A DNA stretch of 64,000 bases from an uncultured virus (IMG/VR IMGVR_UViG_3300021091_000023) (Duplodnaviria > Heunggongvirae > Uroviricota > Caudoviricetes). The translations under genes and the position numbers were made by a program. This document shows positions 28,662-40,800 of the stretch, one piece after another (within the stretch, counting starts at the first letter, position 1; every line of letters begins with the position of its first letter). The notes beneath the pieces are model-generated. The model made no database searches. It was not told the origin of the DNA and saw only the letters and a list, made by a program, of their open reading frames with translations. Location: IMG/VR virus record IMGVR_UViG_3300021091_000023. One strand, given 5' to 3'.

Positions 28662-31600
28662 ATGGAAAGCCCATTATCATTCAATTCGTCAGAAAACTTT
28701 AGAAAGAAATTACTTCTTAGAAACCTTAGACCATATGGTGTTGAGGGTTCTTATCAAGGAAATGACTCTAAAAAAAACACAGAAGTTTCAATTATTGATT
28801 ATTCAGTAATTGATTCACCACCTATTGAGGTTGAGGCTAACATACAAGAACCAAAATTAATAGGGTTAAATAAATATACACCATTAGATTCTGATTTTGG
28901 TAATATAGTTAATATAAATAAAAATTTAGGAACACAAACTAATTTTGGTAATTATACATTTACCCAGAGTTTTGGGTCTCAATTAGAAATTTTTGGTAAA
29001 AGAACAGAAAAAGAACAATTAGTAAAAAATCAGTATTCTAAAGATGTCGGTGAAAATCAAAACACAGTAAACCCAAATTTAAATAAACAAACAAAAGCTA
29101 ACGAAGGTAACTACGGATATCAAGATAGTGTTAATAGCGACTTAGAAAAAAAAGGAAATGAACTTGAAAAGTTTTTAAGGGTTTTAAACAAATACGGACC
29201 AACTAAGATGGCTAATGGTTTTGGAGATACGGTAACATTTGACTTAGAATCTATTGGCACAAGAGTAGGTGAATATACATACGTATCGAATGGACCTGAA
29301 ATTTCGGCAGAACAATCTAGAACTAATGCTTACACTTCAAATTTCTTTGGACCAAGTGGTGGTTTTGGGTTCGAAGTTGAGCCAAATGTAAACAAACAAA
29401 CAAAACCTAACTCTGGACCTTTCTTATACCCAACTTCAGAACCAAATAGAACAACAGAAAGATCTCAAAAAATGGCGTATCTTTCAAATGTTTATGGACC
29501 TGAGGATATACCAAACGGATATGGGGTTTTTATTGACCCAAATTTGAATTTCCAAACAAGATCAAATCAAGGAGAATTTGATTATGAGTCATCTTCACCA
29601 AATTTAACAACATTACAGTCACAAACATTTTTTTATGGAAAAAATAAATATAATAGTGGTGAAGGAACATTTGATGCTTTAACTGTTGAAGATTATTCTT
29701 TTGAAAATTTAAATGACCCTTACTATAATAGTGACACAACATTTATTTTTATTCCATCTGATTATAGCCCAATAAATATTTTATCACAAGATGATTTAAA
29801 TAATGTTAGAGGGTCTGAAGGTTCATTGAGTCAAGATTCTGATTTGGCAAAATTAGGGGCAAAACAATTACAAAAAGAATTTAAGGCAAGAGTTGCTTTT
29901 GAATTATTACAACAAACTTTGGGTAAAACATTAGGGACAACTACCACTGTAAATCAAAATAGTGGTGCAATATCGGCCGAATTGAAACCTGACCCATTTG
30001 ATGCGTTGGGTGTTATTACTAATAATATACCATTGATACAAAGGGATTTTAAAATAACATCTGTTGGTGGTATTATTGGTGAAGCACTTAGCTTCACATC
30101 TAGATTAGCAGGACTTTATTCCCCATATTCTTTGATACCAGGTGAATATTTTGATTACCCACAAAAAAATATTTTGTCTCAAGCGTTAACAAACCCAATA
30201 GGAGGGTTAGCGTCACTTGCAACTAATTTAGCAACGAAAATATTAACACCAAATATAGATACAGGATCTGAAACATTATTGGCAAATACATCAAACGCAA
30301 CAAAAAGTTTATTGTTCGATATGTTATATTATAATGAATATAGACCACAGTACAAACTTAGTTCCGTTCTCAGTCCAAACTTAACGGCACCTGGTGGTAA
30401 TTTTTATATTGGTAAAGGTAAAAACTACATGAGGGATTTAGTGAGTCCGAAAACGGATTTACCAAGAGATAACAAAGGTAACCCTGTTGTTGGCCCTGTT
30501 TATAGTTATGGTAGAATAGGAAAAGACTATGAAGGTAATTCAGTAAACCAAAAATTATTTGGATTAAACGCGAGAGCTTTTTATGACAAAGTAGGGATAC
30601 AAGGTGGTTTTACATGGACAGCTAAAAAGAATTATATTGATCCAGGAAGATTAGTTGGACCTAAAAATGAAAAGACAGGTAAGTTACAAAACTTTTCAAT
30701 TGATAGTGTTTTTGGTGCTGGATTTCAAGCAACATATAATCAAACAAAATCTTCAGATACAAAACTCACACCGGGATCGATTTTAGACGTAACACAAAGA
30801 TTGGTTGAGGCGGGTAGCGTTGGTTCAGCAAGTAAACTTGAACATGTTGGAAATGCAATTAATCAAGTATCTAAAGTATTTTTTGATGGATATCAAGAAG
30901 TTACTAAAGGATCAAGAGCAAGAAGATTTTTAACACCTACATCATTAGGACAAAGTGGAAAGCAAGTTAAAGATGTAGTTGGTTATGAATATTGTAGATT
31001 ATTCACTAAAGATAGACCTTACTATTCGTTTAATGAATTACAAAAAACTGACAGAAATATAAGAAAATATAACAGTTCAGTTTTAGATAATACATATAAT
31101 TTAAATATCGCCCCGATGGGTGGAGTTGACTCAACAAACATACAATTTATTGATGGTAAATTGAGGGCAAAAAAATATATGTTTTCTTTAGAAAATTTAG
31201 CATGGAAAACATCAAGTAGAGTTGGTTATAGAGTCGAGGATTTACCTGCATGCGAAATAGGACCTAATGGTGGAAGGATAATGTGGTTTCCTCCTTATGA
31301 TCTTACGTTTGATGACTCGTCTACTGCGAATTGGACAGATACCGCGTTTCTTGGTAGAACAGAGCCTGTTTATACCTACACAAAAACATCAAGAAAAGGT
31401 AATATTAGTTTTAAAATTGTAGTGGATCACCCGTCCGTTTTAAATGTTTTAGTTAATAAAGAATTAGAAAAAACTGAAGAGTCTTTGGCAACAAAAGTAA
31501 TTGACTCTTTATTTGCTGGATGTTTAAAATATGATTTAGTAGATCTACTAAAAAAATACCCCATGTTCAGTTATTCTGACATATATGAAGTTGTTGAAAC

Positions 31601-34490
31601 TTTAAGAACAGTAGAACAAGTTAGAGAGTTCACTAAGTACACATCACCAACACAAACAAATGGAGAAAATAATACAAAAGAAAACGCTCAATTAGAGAGT
31701 AATGAAGAAAGTACAGGAAGTGAAACTAAAGAAATTATTGACGAGTTAAACAGTAAAGAAAAGGATAATAAGTTTGAAGAACTTATATTACTTTTCCCAC
31801 AAGCAATACCTGATGGTGACACGTCAGAAAGTGATAGTATTTATGAAACTTACTTTAATGATTTAATAGGTAGAAGTGACGAATATATTAAAAGTGTAAC
31901 CTATGGGGGTGTTTCTGATGGGTATTATATCGAATATTCTAAAAAAACAAATCAAAAAACCACTTTACCGGATAACCCACCGATTAAAGAATTGGCAGAT
32001 AAATGGATTATCGCTAAACCATCAGTAACCCAAACAATATTAGATGAACTAAATCAAGAATATCAAGACTTTAAAGAATTTTTAGAAAAAGTTTTAAAAG
32101 TATTAAAAAGTGGTGCTGAAGTTAATTTTTCACTTATTGCTTCCGCAAATGCGAATGGTGGAGAAGAGTATAATCAAAAACTATCTGAAAGAAGAATTGA
32201 TTCAGTATATAAAGAAATTTTACAATTTGGTGATGGAGAAAAAACTTTATCTGATTTTATTGATAATAAATTAAAAATCAAAAAAAAATCAGAGGGAAAA
32301 AAATCTAAATTAAAAACTGATAAATACTCATCTATTGATTGTTCTAAAGGATTCAAAAGCTCAAGTACGGATGGTAAAGGTTCTATGCAAGCGATGCTAT
32401 GTAGAAGAGTTAGTGTTAGTGAAATTAAAATAAAACCTAACGAAGAAAAACCAAAAACACAAACAGAAGAAGAAAAAAGAAAGAACAACGAAGGACAATT
32501 ACCACAAACAAATGCTGCTGAAAACAATAATACTAATAACACACAAGCACAAGCAACAACAGTAAAAGAAATTTCACAAACAACTGTAAAAGATAAGACA
32601 AATAAATTAAGAGGAGATTTAACAAAAAGACTACTGAGAAAACTTTTAACTGAGTGTAATTACTTTGAAATGGTAAAAGAAACTAATCCGATGATTTATG
32701 ATGGAATTAAAAGTAAAATTAAAAACTTCCAACCGGCATTTCACTCAATAACTCCTGAAGGATTAAATGCTAGATTAACGTTTTTAAATCAATGCGTAAG
32801 ACCTGGAGATACAATCCCAACTGCGGTAGAAACAGGAGGAGAAACACAATTCCAATATAACGATGTATTTAATAGTGCTTTTGGTACACCACCGATTTTA
32901 GTATTGAGAGTTGGGGACTTTTATCATACAAAAATAATTCCAATGTCGTTAACGTTTAAATATGAAGATGCTAAGTTTGATATAAACCCTGAAGGTATTG
33001 GGTTACAGCCTATGATTGCAACGGTAAGTCTTTCATTTGATTTTATCGGTGGACAAGGAATTAATAATCCGGTATCTGAATTACAAAACGCATTATCGTT
33101 TAATTATTACGCAAATACCGAAATGTATGATGATAGAGCAACAATAACTGAAGATGTATTATCTGAATTTGATTCTGAAGTTTTAGATATTATTAAAAAT
33201 GAAGTTGGTTTGATTGATGCGACCGATAAACCACAAGGTAGTGGTGCGGGTAATACTATAGGTAATGTAAAAACAAATAATCTAGACATACAGACAAGTG
33301 CAATTACCGGAACAATTGAATATAAAACTAAAATGAACGAGTTCGTTCAAACGACTGGCTCATATTTTAATTCACTATTTTTCAATTTAAACATATTAAA
33401 AGACTATTTGAATTTAGGTGGATTGTTACTATATACTAAATCTAGAAAATATAAAGAAGGTTATTTTGATTATTTAAGTGGAACGTCAAATAGTTTAATT
33501 ACTAATATTTTAGGAAAACCGGAAAACTATCAAGATAGGGTTGACGATTTAGTAAGAAGAGCAAAAAAAGATGTAAACGAGCTATTAACACCACCATTGG
33601 CTCAAGTTTTAGAAAAGAATTTTACGAACGATCAAATACGAAAAGTAAAAAGAAAATTAAAGTCCATGATTGATGATAAAAAACAACCATACATTGATTT
33701 TTTAGAAAGTGCTCAAACAAATATAATTACAGAAGAATTAAAATTTATTAATATTTCAGACCAAGTAAATTACGTAATCAATAAAAGAGACGGTTATGTA
33801 ACAAAAAAGGGTTCAGTAATAATTTATGATTTGTCTGGTAAAACTGAAGGGGTTGAAGCATCTAGTGATTCACCGAACACATATGAAGAACTGAAAAAAG
33901 ATTTTATCAAAATTGGTACAGATTTAAATGACTTTATGAAAAAATTAGATGAGTTTGGGATCGTTCCAACAGGAGAAACTTTTACATATAAAGACGATTT
34001 CACAACTCAACTATATTTGAAAGAAGATTTACAAGAACAGGTGCCACCAGCGACAAACGTATTTTTTATGTTATTTGGTACACAAATAATAGAAAACCCA
34101 GACACTTTTGTTAATGAATTAGCAAAGGCCGCGGTTAATAACAATGTTTCAAATTTTCACTATACCGCTTGGAAAGACTTTATATATAATAATTTAGGAT
34201 TTACAAAAAATAATGACACGTATGTGGAAAAAACAAATGGAGGTTTAGTTAAAGATTTTAAGAGATCTAAAGATAGGTTAAAAAATAAATTTGATGATTT
34301 TAAAAATGATTTCTTGAATGATTTACTTCCTAACGACATATATAAACCATTCACCGACAAAAAAGAAAGAGTTTTAGATTACTCTAAACAACTAACATCT
34401 AATGATACTGATGTAAAAAATCTAAAAAATGTTTGGTCAACCGTTGATTCAAATGACGATAAATATAATTTGAAGAAAAAAATGAATTGA
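28662..34490 (+). CDS. Large baseplate/tube-initiator-like protein with an OmpA-like domain
   Basis: 1942 aa; WFPPY.LTF.....ANW....FLGR.EPVYTY pattern; YNQKLSERRIDSV...CRRV OmpA-like motif. Confidence 0.6.
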   Translation: MESPLSFNSSENFRKKLLLRNLRPYGVEGSYQGNDSKKNTEVSIIDYSVIDSPPIEVEANIQEPKLIGLNKYTPLDSDFGNIVNINKNLGTQTNFGNYTFTQSFGSQLEIFGKRTEKEQLVKNQYSKDVGENQNTVNPNLNKQTKANEGNYGYQDSVNSDLEKKGNELEKFLRVLNKYGPTKMANGFGDTVTFDLESIGTRVGEYTYVSNGPEISAEQSRTNAYTSNFFGPSGGFGFEVEPNVNKQTKPNSGPFLYPTSEPNRTTERSQKMAYLSNVYGPEDIPNGYGVFIDPNLNFQTRSNQGEFDYESSSPNLTTLQSQTFFYGKNKYNSGEGTFDALTVEDYSFENLNDPYYNSDTTFIFIPSDYSPINILSQDDLNNVRGSEGSLSQDSDLAKLGAKQLQKEFKARVAFELLQQTLGKTLGTTTTVNQNSGAISAELKPDPFDALGVITNNIPLIQRDFKITSVGGIIGEALSFTSRLAGLYSPYSLIPGEYFDYPQKNILSQALTNPIGGLASLATNLATKILTPNIDTGSETLLANTSNATKSLLFDMLYYNEYRPQYKLSSVLSPNLTAPGGNFYIGKGKNYMRDLVSPKTDLPRDNKGNPVVGPVYSYGRIGKDYEGNSVNQKLFGLNARAFYDKVGIQGGFTWTAKKNYIDPGRLVGPKNEKTGKLQNFSIDSVFGAGFQATYNQTKSSDTKLTPGSILDVTQRLVEAGSVGSASKLEHVGNAINQVSKVFFDGYQEVTKGSRARRFLTPTSLGQSGKQVKDVVGYEYCRLFTKDRPYYSFNELQKTDRNIRKYNSSVLDNTYNLNIAPMGGVDSTNIQFIDGKLRAKKYMFSLENLAWKTSSRVGYRVEDLPACEIGPNGGRIMWFPPYDLTFDDSSTANWTDTAFLGRTEPVYTYTKTSRKGNISFKIVVDHPSVLNVLVNKELEKTEESLATKVIDSLFAGCLKYDLVDLLKKYPMFSYSDIYEVVETLRTVEQVREFTKYTSPTQTNGENNTKENAQLESNEESTGSETKEIIDELNSKEKDNKFEELILLFPQAIPDGDTSESDSIYETYFNDLIGRSDEYIKSVTYGGVSDGYYIEYSKKTNQKTTLPDNPPIKELADKWIIAKPSVTQTILDELNQEYQDFKEFLEKVLKVLKSGAEVNFSLIASANANGGEEYNQKLSERRIDSVYKEILQFGDGEKTLSDFIDNKLKIKKKSEGKKSKLKTDKYSSIDCSKGFKSSSTDGKGSMQAMLCRRVSVSEIKIKPNEEKPKTQTEEEKRKNNEGQLPQTNAAENNNTNNTQAQATTVKEISQTTVKDKTNKLRGDLTKRLLRKLLTECNYFEMVKETNPMIYDGIKSKIKNFQPAFHSITPEGLNARLTFLNQCVRPGDTIPTAVETGGETQFQYNDVFNSAFGTPPILVLRVGDFYHTKIIPMSLTFKYEDAKFDINPEGIGLQPMIATVSLSFDFIGGQGINNPVSELQNALSFNYYANTEMYDDRATITEDVLSEFDSEVLDIIKNEVGLIDATDKPQGSGAGNTIGNVKTNNLDIQTSAITGTIEYKTKMNEFVQTTGSYFNSLFFNLNILKDYLNLGGLLLYTKSRKYKEGYFDYLSGTSNSLITNILGKPENYQDRVDDLVRRAKKDVNELLTPPLAQVLEKNFTNDQIRKVKRKLKSMIDDKKQPYIDFLESAQTNIITEELKFINISDQVNYVINKRDGYVTKKGSVIIYDLSGKTEGVEASSDSPNTYEELKKDFIKIGTDLNDFMKKLDEFGIVPTGETFTYKDDFTTQLYLKEDLQEQVPPATNVFFMLFGTQIIENPDTFVNELAKAAVNNNVSNFHYTAWKDFIYNNLGFTKNNDTYVEKTNGGLVKDFKRSKDRLKNKFDDFKNDFLNDLLPNDIYKPFTDKKERVLDYSKQLTSNDTDVKNLKNVWSTVDSNDDKYNLKKKMN

Positions 34491-34494
34491 TATT

Positions 34495-34812
34495 ATGGAT
34501 TTTTATAGAAGATATGAAAAATTTTTAATTAATGGTACACAGACTGTAGTACCATATGTTAATATTGGGTCAAGGCCGTCTGATCAAAAATATGTCTACA
34601 GAGCAGGTCAAAGTAGGTTAGATAAAATTAGTTATGAAAAATACGGTAGCCCCTATTTTGGTTGGTTAATACAATTAGCAAACCCAATTTACGGTGGTTT
34701 AGAATCTAATATACCTGATGGAACCATAATTATTATACCTTTTCCACTTATAGGTGCGTTACAAGACTACAAAAATGCAATAGATACACATATTTTTTAT
34801 TATGGCAGATAG
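34495..34812 (+). CDS. LysM-like baseplate protein (gp53/tail protein X-like)
   Basis: RLDKISYEKYGSPYFGWLIQLANP...IPDGTIIIIP. Confidence 0.75.
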   Translation: MDFYRRYEKFLINGTQTVVPYVNIGSRPSDQKYVYRAGQSRLDKISYEKYGSPYFGWLIQLANPIYGGLESNIPDGTIIIIPFPLIGALQDYKNAIDTHIFYYGR

Positions 34813-37800
34813 TTTAAACCAAAAATCTATATATGTAGAAACCGATTATGATAATATCATATTGATCGACCCCAATAAAATTGTTGTTGACAACAAAGTT
34901 AAAGATAGGTTGGTTGATCATGAAGAATTAGTTTTTTATGCAAATTTAGAAACAAAAGTAATTCCTAGAACTAAACTAGCTATCGGAGAGTCCTTTGACA
35001 GTCCGGTAATCAACTCAAGTATTGCGAGTTTGGTCGGCAAATCAGATGGAACAAGTATAAATTTTCTACAACCAATAGGAAAAAAAAAATATTTTGACAC
35101 GTCTTGGTCAGATCAATTAACAGGAAGTGGCGCCAGAGAAGGTAAGGGTTTCAATCAAATAAGAGAATCTAAACAAAATAAAGACGGTAAAAGTGTTTTT
35201 GTAAGAGACGTTTCAAATTATAACGACACACAAACATTGGGGATTAAAGACATAACCATAGACATATCAGGAATAAATTCAACACAGGTTAAAATAAATC
35301 TAGTGGATGTTCAAGGTAGGACATTATTTGAACAAGGAGAAAAATCGATATATTCTGTTTTTTTTAATTTACCGTACCCACTATTTTATTTAACACTTAA
35401 AGGTTATTATGGTAAGGCAATTAAATACGCATTAAATCTTACTAAATTTAATGCTAGTTTTGATCAAAGAACGGGTAATTATGATATATCTTTAACGTTG
35501 ATTGGTAGAAATACTGGACTGTTAACAGATACTCTTTTGACTTATGCTAAGACGGCACCAAAAATGACACCTACAACATTACAACAACAATCAACCGTTA
35601 GTAATGCGCCGGGACAACAATTTAGTAATTTAGAAATATTAGATTCTTCTATTGGTGAACAAACAATGTATGAAGTTTACAAAATTTATAAATCTAAAGG
35701 TTTAATAGATAAAGATTTTCCAGAAATATCAATAGATGAGTTTATCGATAGTGCCGATACGTTTGTGACAAAAATGCAAGATGGTATTAAACAAGGTGAT
35801 TTTGCTGTCCTAAGTGACGTATCAAAATTTAGAGGAGTATTAACTGATATAAAAAACAAAGTATTTACATTATCTAAAAATAAATTTTTAGATTTAAATA
35901 ACTACATTTTTTACAAAGGTCAGATACATTATACTTTCAAAAACACGGTCGATTATACGAAAAGAAAGGAATTAATTTCAGGTATCGAAACAGAAATTAA
36001 TGATGCCAATAAAAATTTAAAGGCCAACAAATCCTTTGGCGACAATGCGGAATACGTTGTTGCTGGAAACACATATAGAGAAGGTATAGTAGTAACACTA
36101 GACCCAAAAGACGTTATAGAACAAATAGCTATAAGCTCATTTACGGATCTTGATTTGGAAAACACTTTAACAAAAAGATTAGGTAGAACACCAACACCTG
36201 ACGAGGTTTCCAAATTTAAGATTCAAACATTACAAGATATAGAAATTTTCAGTAAAAAAATAGACGACAATACTGGAGATTTAGTAGATGACACACCAAC
36301 GTTTTTTAGGTTTGGTGAAGTGGATTTTGGTACAAATACTTATCTCGCCAATAGTTTTTTAGACGATATTAACAACGGTTTAAATAAGATAAAAACAAGA
36401 GAAGAAAAAATTGAGCAACAATTTACAGATTTACTCGCTAAAAAAATAACATCAGAAGACGGTGGTTTAGGGTTTAGTCCGACAATAAGAAATATTTTTG
36501 CAATATTATTGGCTGGTGTGGATACATTTTATCGTTTGATGGATAAAACACATAAATTAGCTTGGGATCAAAGAACAAACCCAAAAAGATTACTATCGAT
36601 AATACCTGCTGATAAAAATTTTGGAATAGATTCTAAAAACGTAATTAATGGTACTGGTCAGTTAAACGATAAAAATGTTGTTTATCCGTGGCCAACATAC
36701 TTTACTAAGGAAAGAGACCCTAAAGACAAGAGCGGTAGAGAAAAATATATACTAAATTATGTTGCCGATCCTAAATATGTGGATCTAACTAATGGGTATG
36801 ATTATACGACATGGCCGGAAGTTGCATTTTTAGAAGATTATATAAATGCTCAAACAAGAAGATCTCAAACTAATAAAAGAAAAAAATATAATAACAATAA
36901 AAATGCATCACCATTTGGGTCTTGTAATACTTTAGATTTTCCATTTGAGGTTTTACCATATGAAAATGTTTCTGAAGTTTCTTTTTTTTATGAAATTTAT
37001 GAAAGACTTTATAGTTTAGTTAATTATACAAACTTATACAGAGGAAATTATAAAACAAATCAGGTTGATAAGTTTTTATCAGATTTAGAGGCTAAAAATA
37101 TTATTTTTGGTTCAGAGGATAGTTTATTACTTAAAGAAAAACTTAAAAATTTTAAATTTAATTTACAACAATTTGAATCATTTTTAGAAAATACTGATAA
37201 AAACACTTGGGAGGTTAGTAAAAGGGATTTGTTTGTGACTGATTATGTTGAAAACTCAATAAAAAAAGATTATGGAATTTACGCTCTTTCAGAAATAGAT
37301 GGTAGGTCAATATCTTTGGAAAATTCAAGTCCATTAATTAAAGAATTTGATAAATACTTAAAGAGTACTGAACACAATGTCTATAATTTTTTAGACACAG
37401 AACCTGTTTCATTAAATAATGACTACACCGACATTGGAAAAAGTTTAATATTTTTAGACGATAAAAAAACACTTGCTAGATTAAACGAATCAGATACGGT
37501 TAAGAACATATCAATGATTAGTTGGTATGATAATAAAAGATTCGCAAATCAAAATTTAAAAATTTTAACAAGAGATAATACTGATAAAATCATAGACTTA
37601 ACTAGTTTACAACAATATTATGACGTTGACGTACCTACAGAGGTGATCGGGAATACTGTAATTACTCAATACCCAAGTACTAAATGGAATGTTACCGAAC
37701 AATATTTAGGATATGAACCAACTACATATTCAGGTTTGGTTAGTACGATTCAGTCTACTAGTTTGTTAAACACACCATATTTTATAAATTCAATTTTAAA

Positions 37801-40800
37801 TGGGGTTGAAAAAGAAAAAAATAAAGAGTCAAACCCATATGTGCCTACCGGATTTCTTTTTCTCTATTCTTTACCTGTCGAGGACATATCCAATCCAGCA
37901 TTATATGATATTGACAAAGAAGAGACTTTAGGAAATTTTTATGGACAAGTAAGAAAATTCTCAGCAATACACCAAGTACCTTATTCATTTATATTAAAAA
38001 TGGGTGCTTTTTGGCATAGATATAAAACCTATCATACAACAGGTGTCGATATATTAGATGAATGTTGGAAAGACTTTGACTACAAAAAATATTATGATCC
38101 AATAAATAATGACTTAACTAAAGTTTATAAAATAAAAACTTATGATGGGAACGATGAGGACTTTACAGCATATAGAAATATAGTAGAAGTTATTAACATA
38201 CCTAACGAAGAGGATGAAGAAGAATCAGGAACTAGTGGTACTAGCGGTTCTTCAGGTACTAGCGGTTCTTCAGGTACTAGCGGTTCTTCAGGTACTAGCG
38301 GTTCTTCAGGTACTAGCGGTTCTTCAGGTACTAGCGGTTCTTCAGGTACTAGCGGTTCTTCAGGAACTAGCGGTTCTTCAGGAACTAGCGGTTCTTCAGG
38401 AACTAGCGGTTCTTCGGGTGGAGGAAATGGATATACCACCATATATAAAGAATTTGACATATTTAATTATGGATTTTATCCAAAATTAATAAACGACTTT
38501 CAGTACTTTTTTACAAAAAAAGATTTAATAAAAAATTACACAGAACAAGAAATAAAAAAAATATTTGAAAAAGGTAAAATAAAACTAGGTAACAATACTA
38601 ATTCTAGTTTTTATATGCCAACAAGTGGAGACATAAACAATGAAAATAGATCAATAATAAATAATTCTTATTTTGAATATCTTATTTTTGATAAAGATTC
38701 ATTAATTGACCAATCTAATAAAGTCTATATGATGATCCCATCATGTGGAGGTATACCTTTTAATCAGGCAAATTACGAATGTTTTACAATAGATAAAAAA
38801 TTAAATCAAGAAGTAAAAGATAATAGTTCCATATATAATGGTACAATAAGAAGTTTTTGGGGATGCTCTCAATTTGGTTATTTTGATAATAATTCTTTAA
38901 AAAAACCAAGCATTTTTGAAGAACTTAATTATTTGGGTACCGATTACCAATCTGTAACACAAATTTTTTCTGCGTTTGACAAATCAAAATTAGATGATTT
39001 TGAATCATTATTTTTACAATTCTGTGAACCAAACCCAATCACGACAAATTCAATTATACAAAACGAAAATACAATTGAAAAAACAAGAAATTCAGGACTT
39101 AAACAATTAAAATTTGTTTTAAAGGATTTATTTACCATTAAAGAAAGTGAACTAACACTTTCAAACCAACAAAATAATGATGGGGAACTTTTGGCACAAA
39201 AACAAGTATTTAACCTAACTCAAAAAATAAAAACGTTTTCTAAATATGATTTAATACTAAAAATAGGTAATTCCGGACAATTTGATAGAAGACTCTTTGG
39301 TAGTCTAGCAAATAATACCTCATTAAAACCACAAAATCCAATAGTACCGATTGGAAATGGTTATAAAAAAGGAACACTTCCAGGTGACGGAACATCTGTA
39401 AATCTATTGCAAAGTAAAGTATCAAATAAAGATGCATGGGAATCATTATATTTAAATGTTGGTTTTTATGTTAAAGACATTTCTTTTGAAGGCGTTGAAT
39501 ACTCAACATATACCGATACAGGATCAACAATTTTTGACTTTTTTATTGATAACAATATTGAGTTTAATAAAAGTAACGTTGAGGTTTATTCTAAATTAAT
39601 AAAAATATATTCAACACAAAAAAATAAAAAACTCCTTAATAATGAAACTTATGGTAACACTGAGTTTATAAGTGAGTTAGAAACTTTTTTATTAGAAAAA
39701 AATAAAATATTAGATGATAGTGTTGTAGAAGTTTTTACTTATTTAAATAAAAATTTACCGACAGTTACTGTAAATAATAAAAACACAAAATCAACATTAG
39801 ATGGTAACGTATCTAAATTAAGTATATATAATACATTTCAAGCATTTAACGACAAATGGATTGCTGGGAGTGATTTAACAACAAGAACAATTTTTGAAGA
39901 CTTTTTGTTTCATGATCCCGCAAACCACGATATTGGTGATGAGTTACAGGTTGATGTTTTAGCAATAAAAGATATGTTAAAAAATAGCGATCCTGCCACA
40001 GACATACTTTTAATAATTGGTTCTATTTTAAAATCGGCTGGAGATTTACTTTTCTTTTCAATGCCGGCGTACATTAACTTTTATGGTATTAATAACGCTA
40101 CAAAAACACCAAACCCACAGAATATTGACGTACCAAATTCACTATTTGGTACTTGGACAAACGTTAATTATTTAGACTCAAGGCCCAAATTTTTGTGTGT
40201 TTATGTCGGTAAAGAATCTGAAAGACCCGTTTCTAAAGAAAATGAATTCATGTTATATGCCGACGATAGTTTTGATTTAAGAAACCCAACAACCAACCCA
40301 AATAGAATTGAAGTAGATAAGCAAAATATATCACTTTCTAATAAAGTGGTTGCCTTTAATGTAGATTTTGGTATAAGAAATCAAAATATGTTTACAAACA
40401 TAAATGTAAATATGAATGATAAAAAACCAACTAATGCAACTTTTTTAGTAAACGATCAATTAGCAAATGGTGTTAATGGAGATAAAATAGCACAACAAAC
40501 AACATCATTATATAGTCTTTATAAGTCCATGAGTTATTCTTGTACTGTAGAATCTTTAGGTAATGTTATGATACAACCACTCATGTATTTTAATTTAAGA
40601 CACGTTCCATTATTTTATGGGCCTTATTACATTTACAAAGTAAAACATACAATAAGGGAGGGAGAATTTAAAACAAGTTTTGATGGTTCTAGGATGCCAA
40701 AATATGCTTTACCACAACCAGATAGTTTAGGAACATTTATAAAAATAAATTATTTAGAAAATTTTAAATCTGAAATATTAAAGGCGGGTAGTGACACGGT

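Noticed and set aside
38237..38416. CRISPR array
   Set aside because: Head-to-tail 18-bp units with no spacers, in frame within a gene.
38140..38489. Alternative-frame ORFs (PEEPLV)n and (VLAVLQ)n
   Set aside because: These are shadows of the stop-free tandem repeat.
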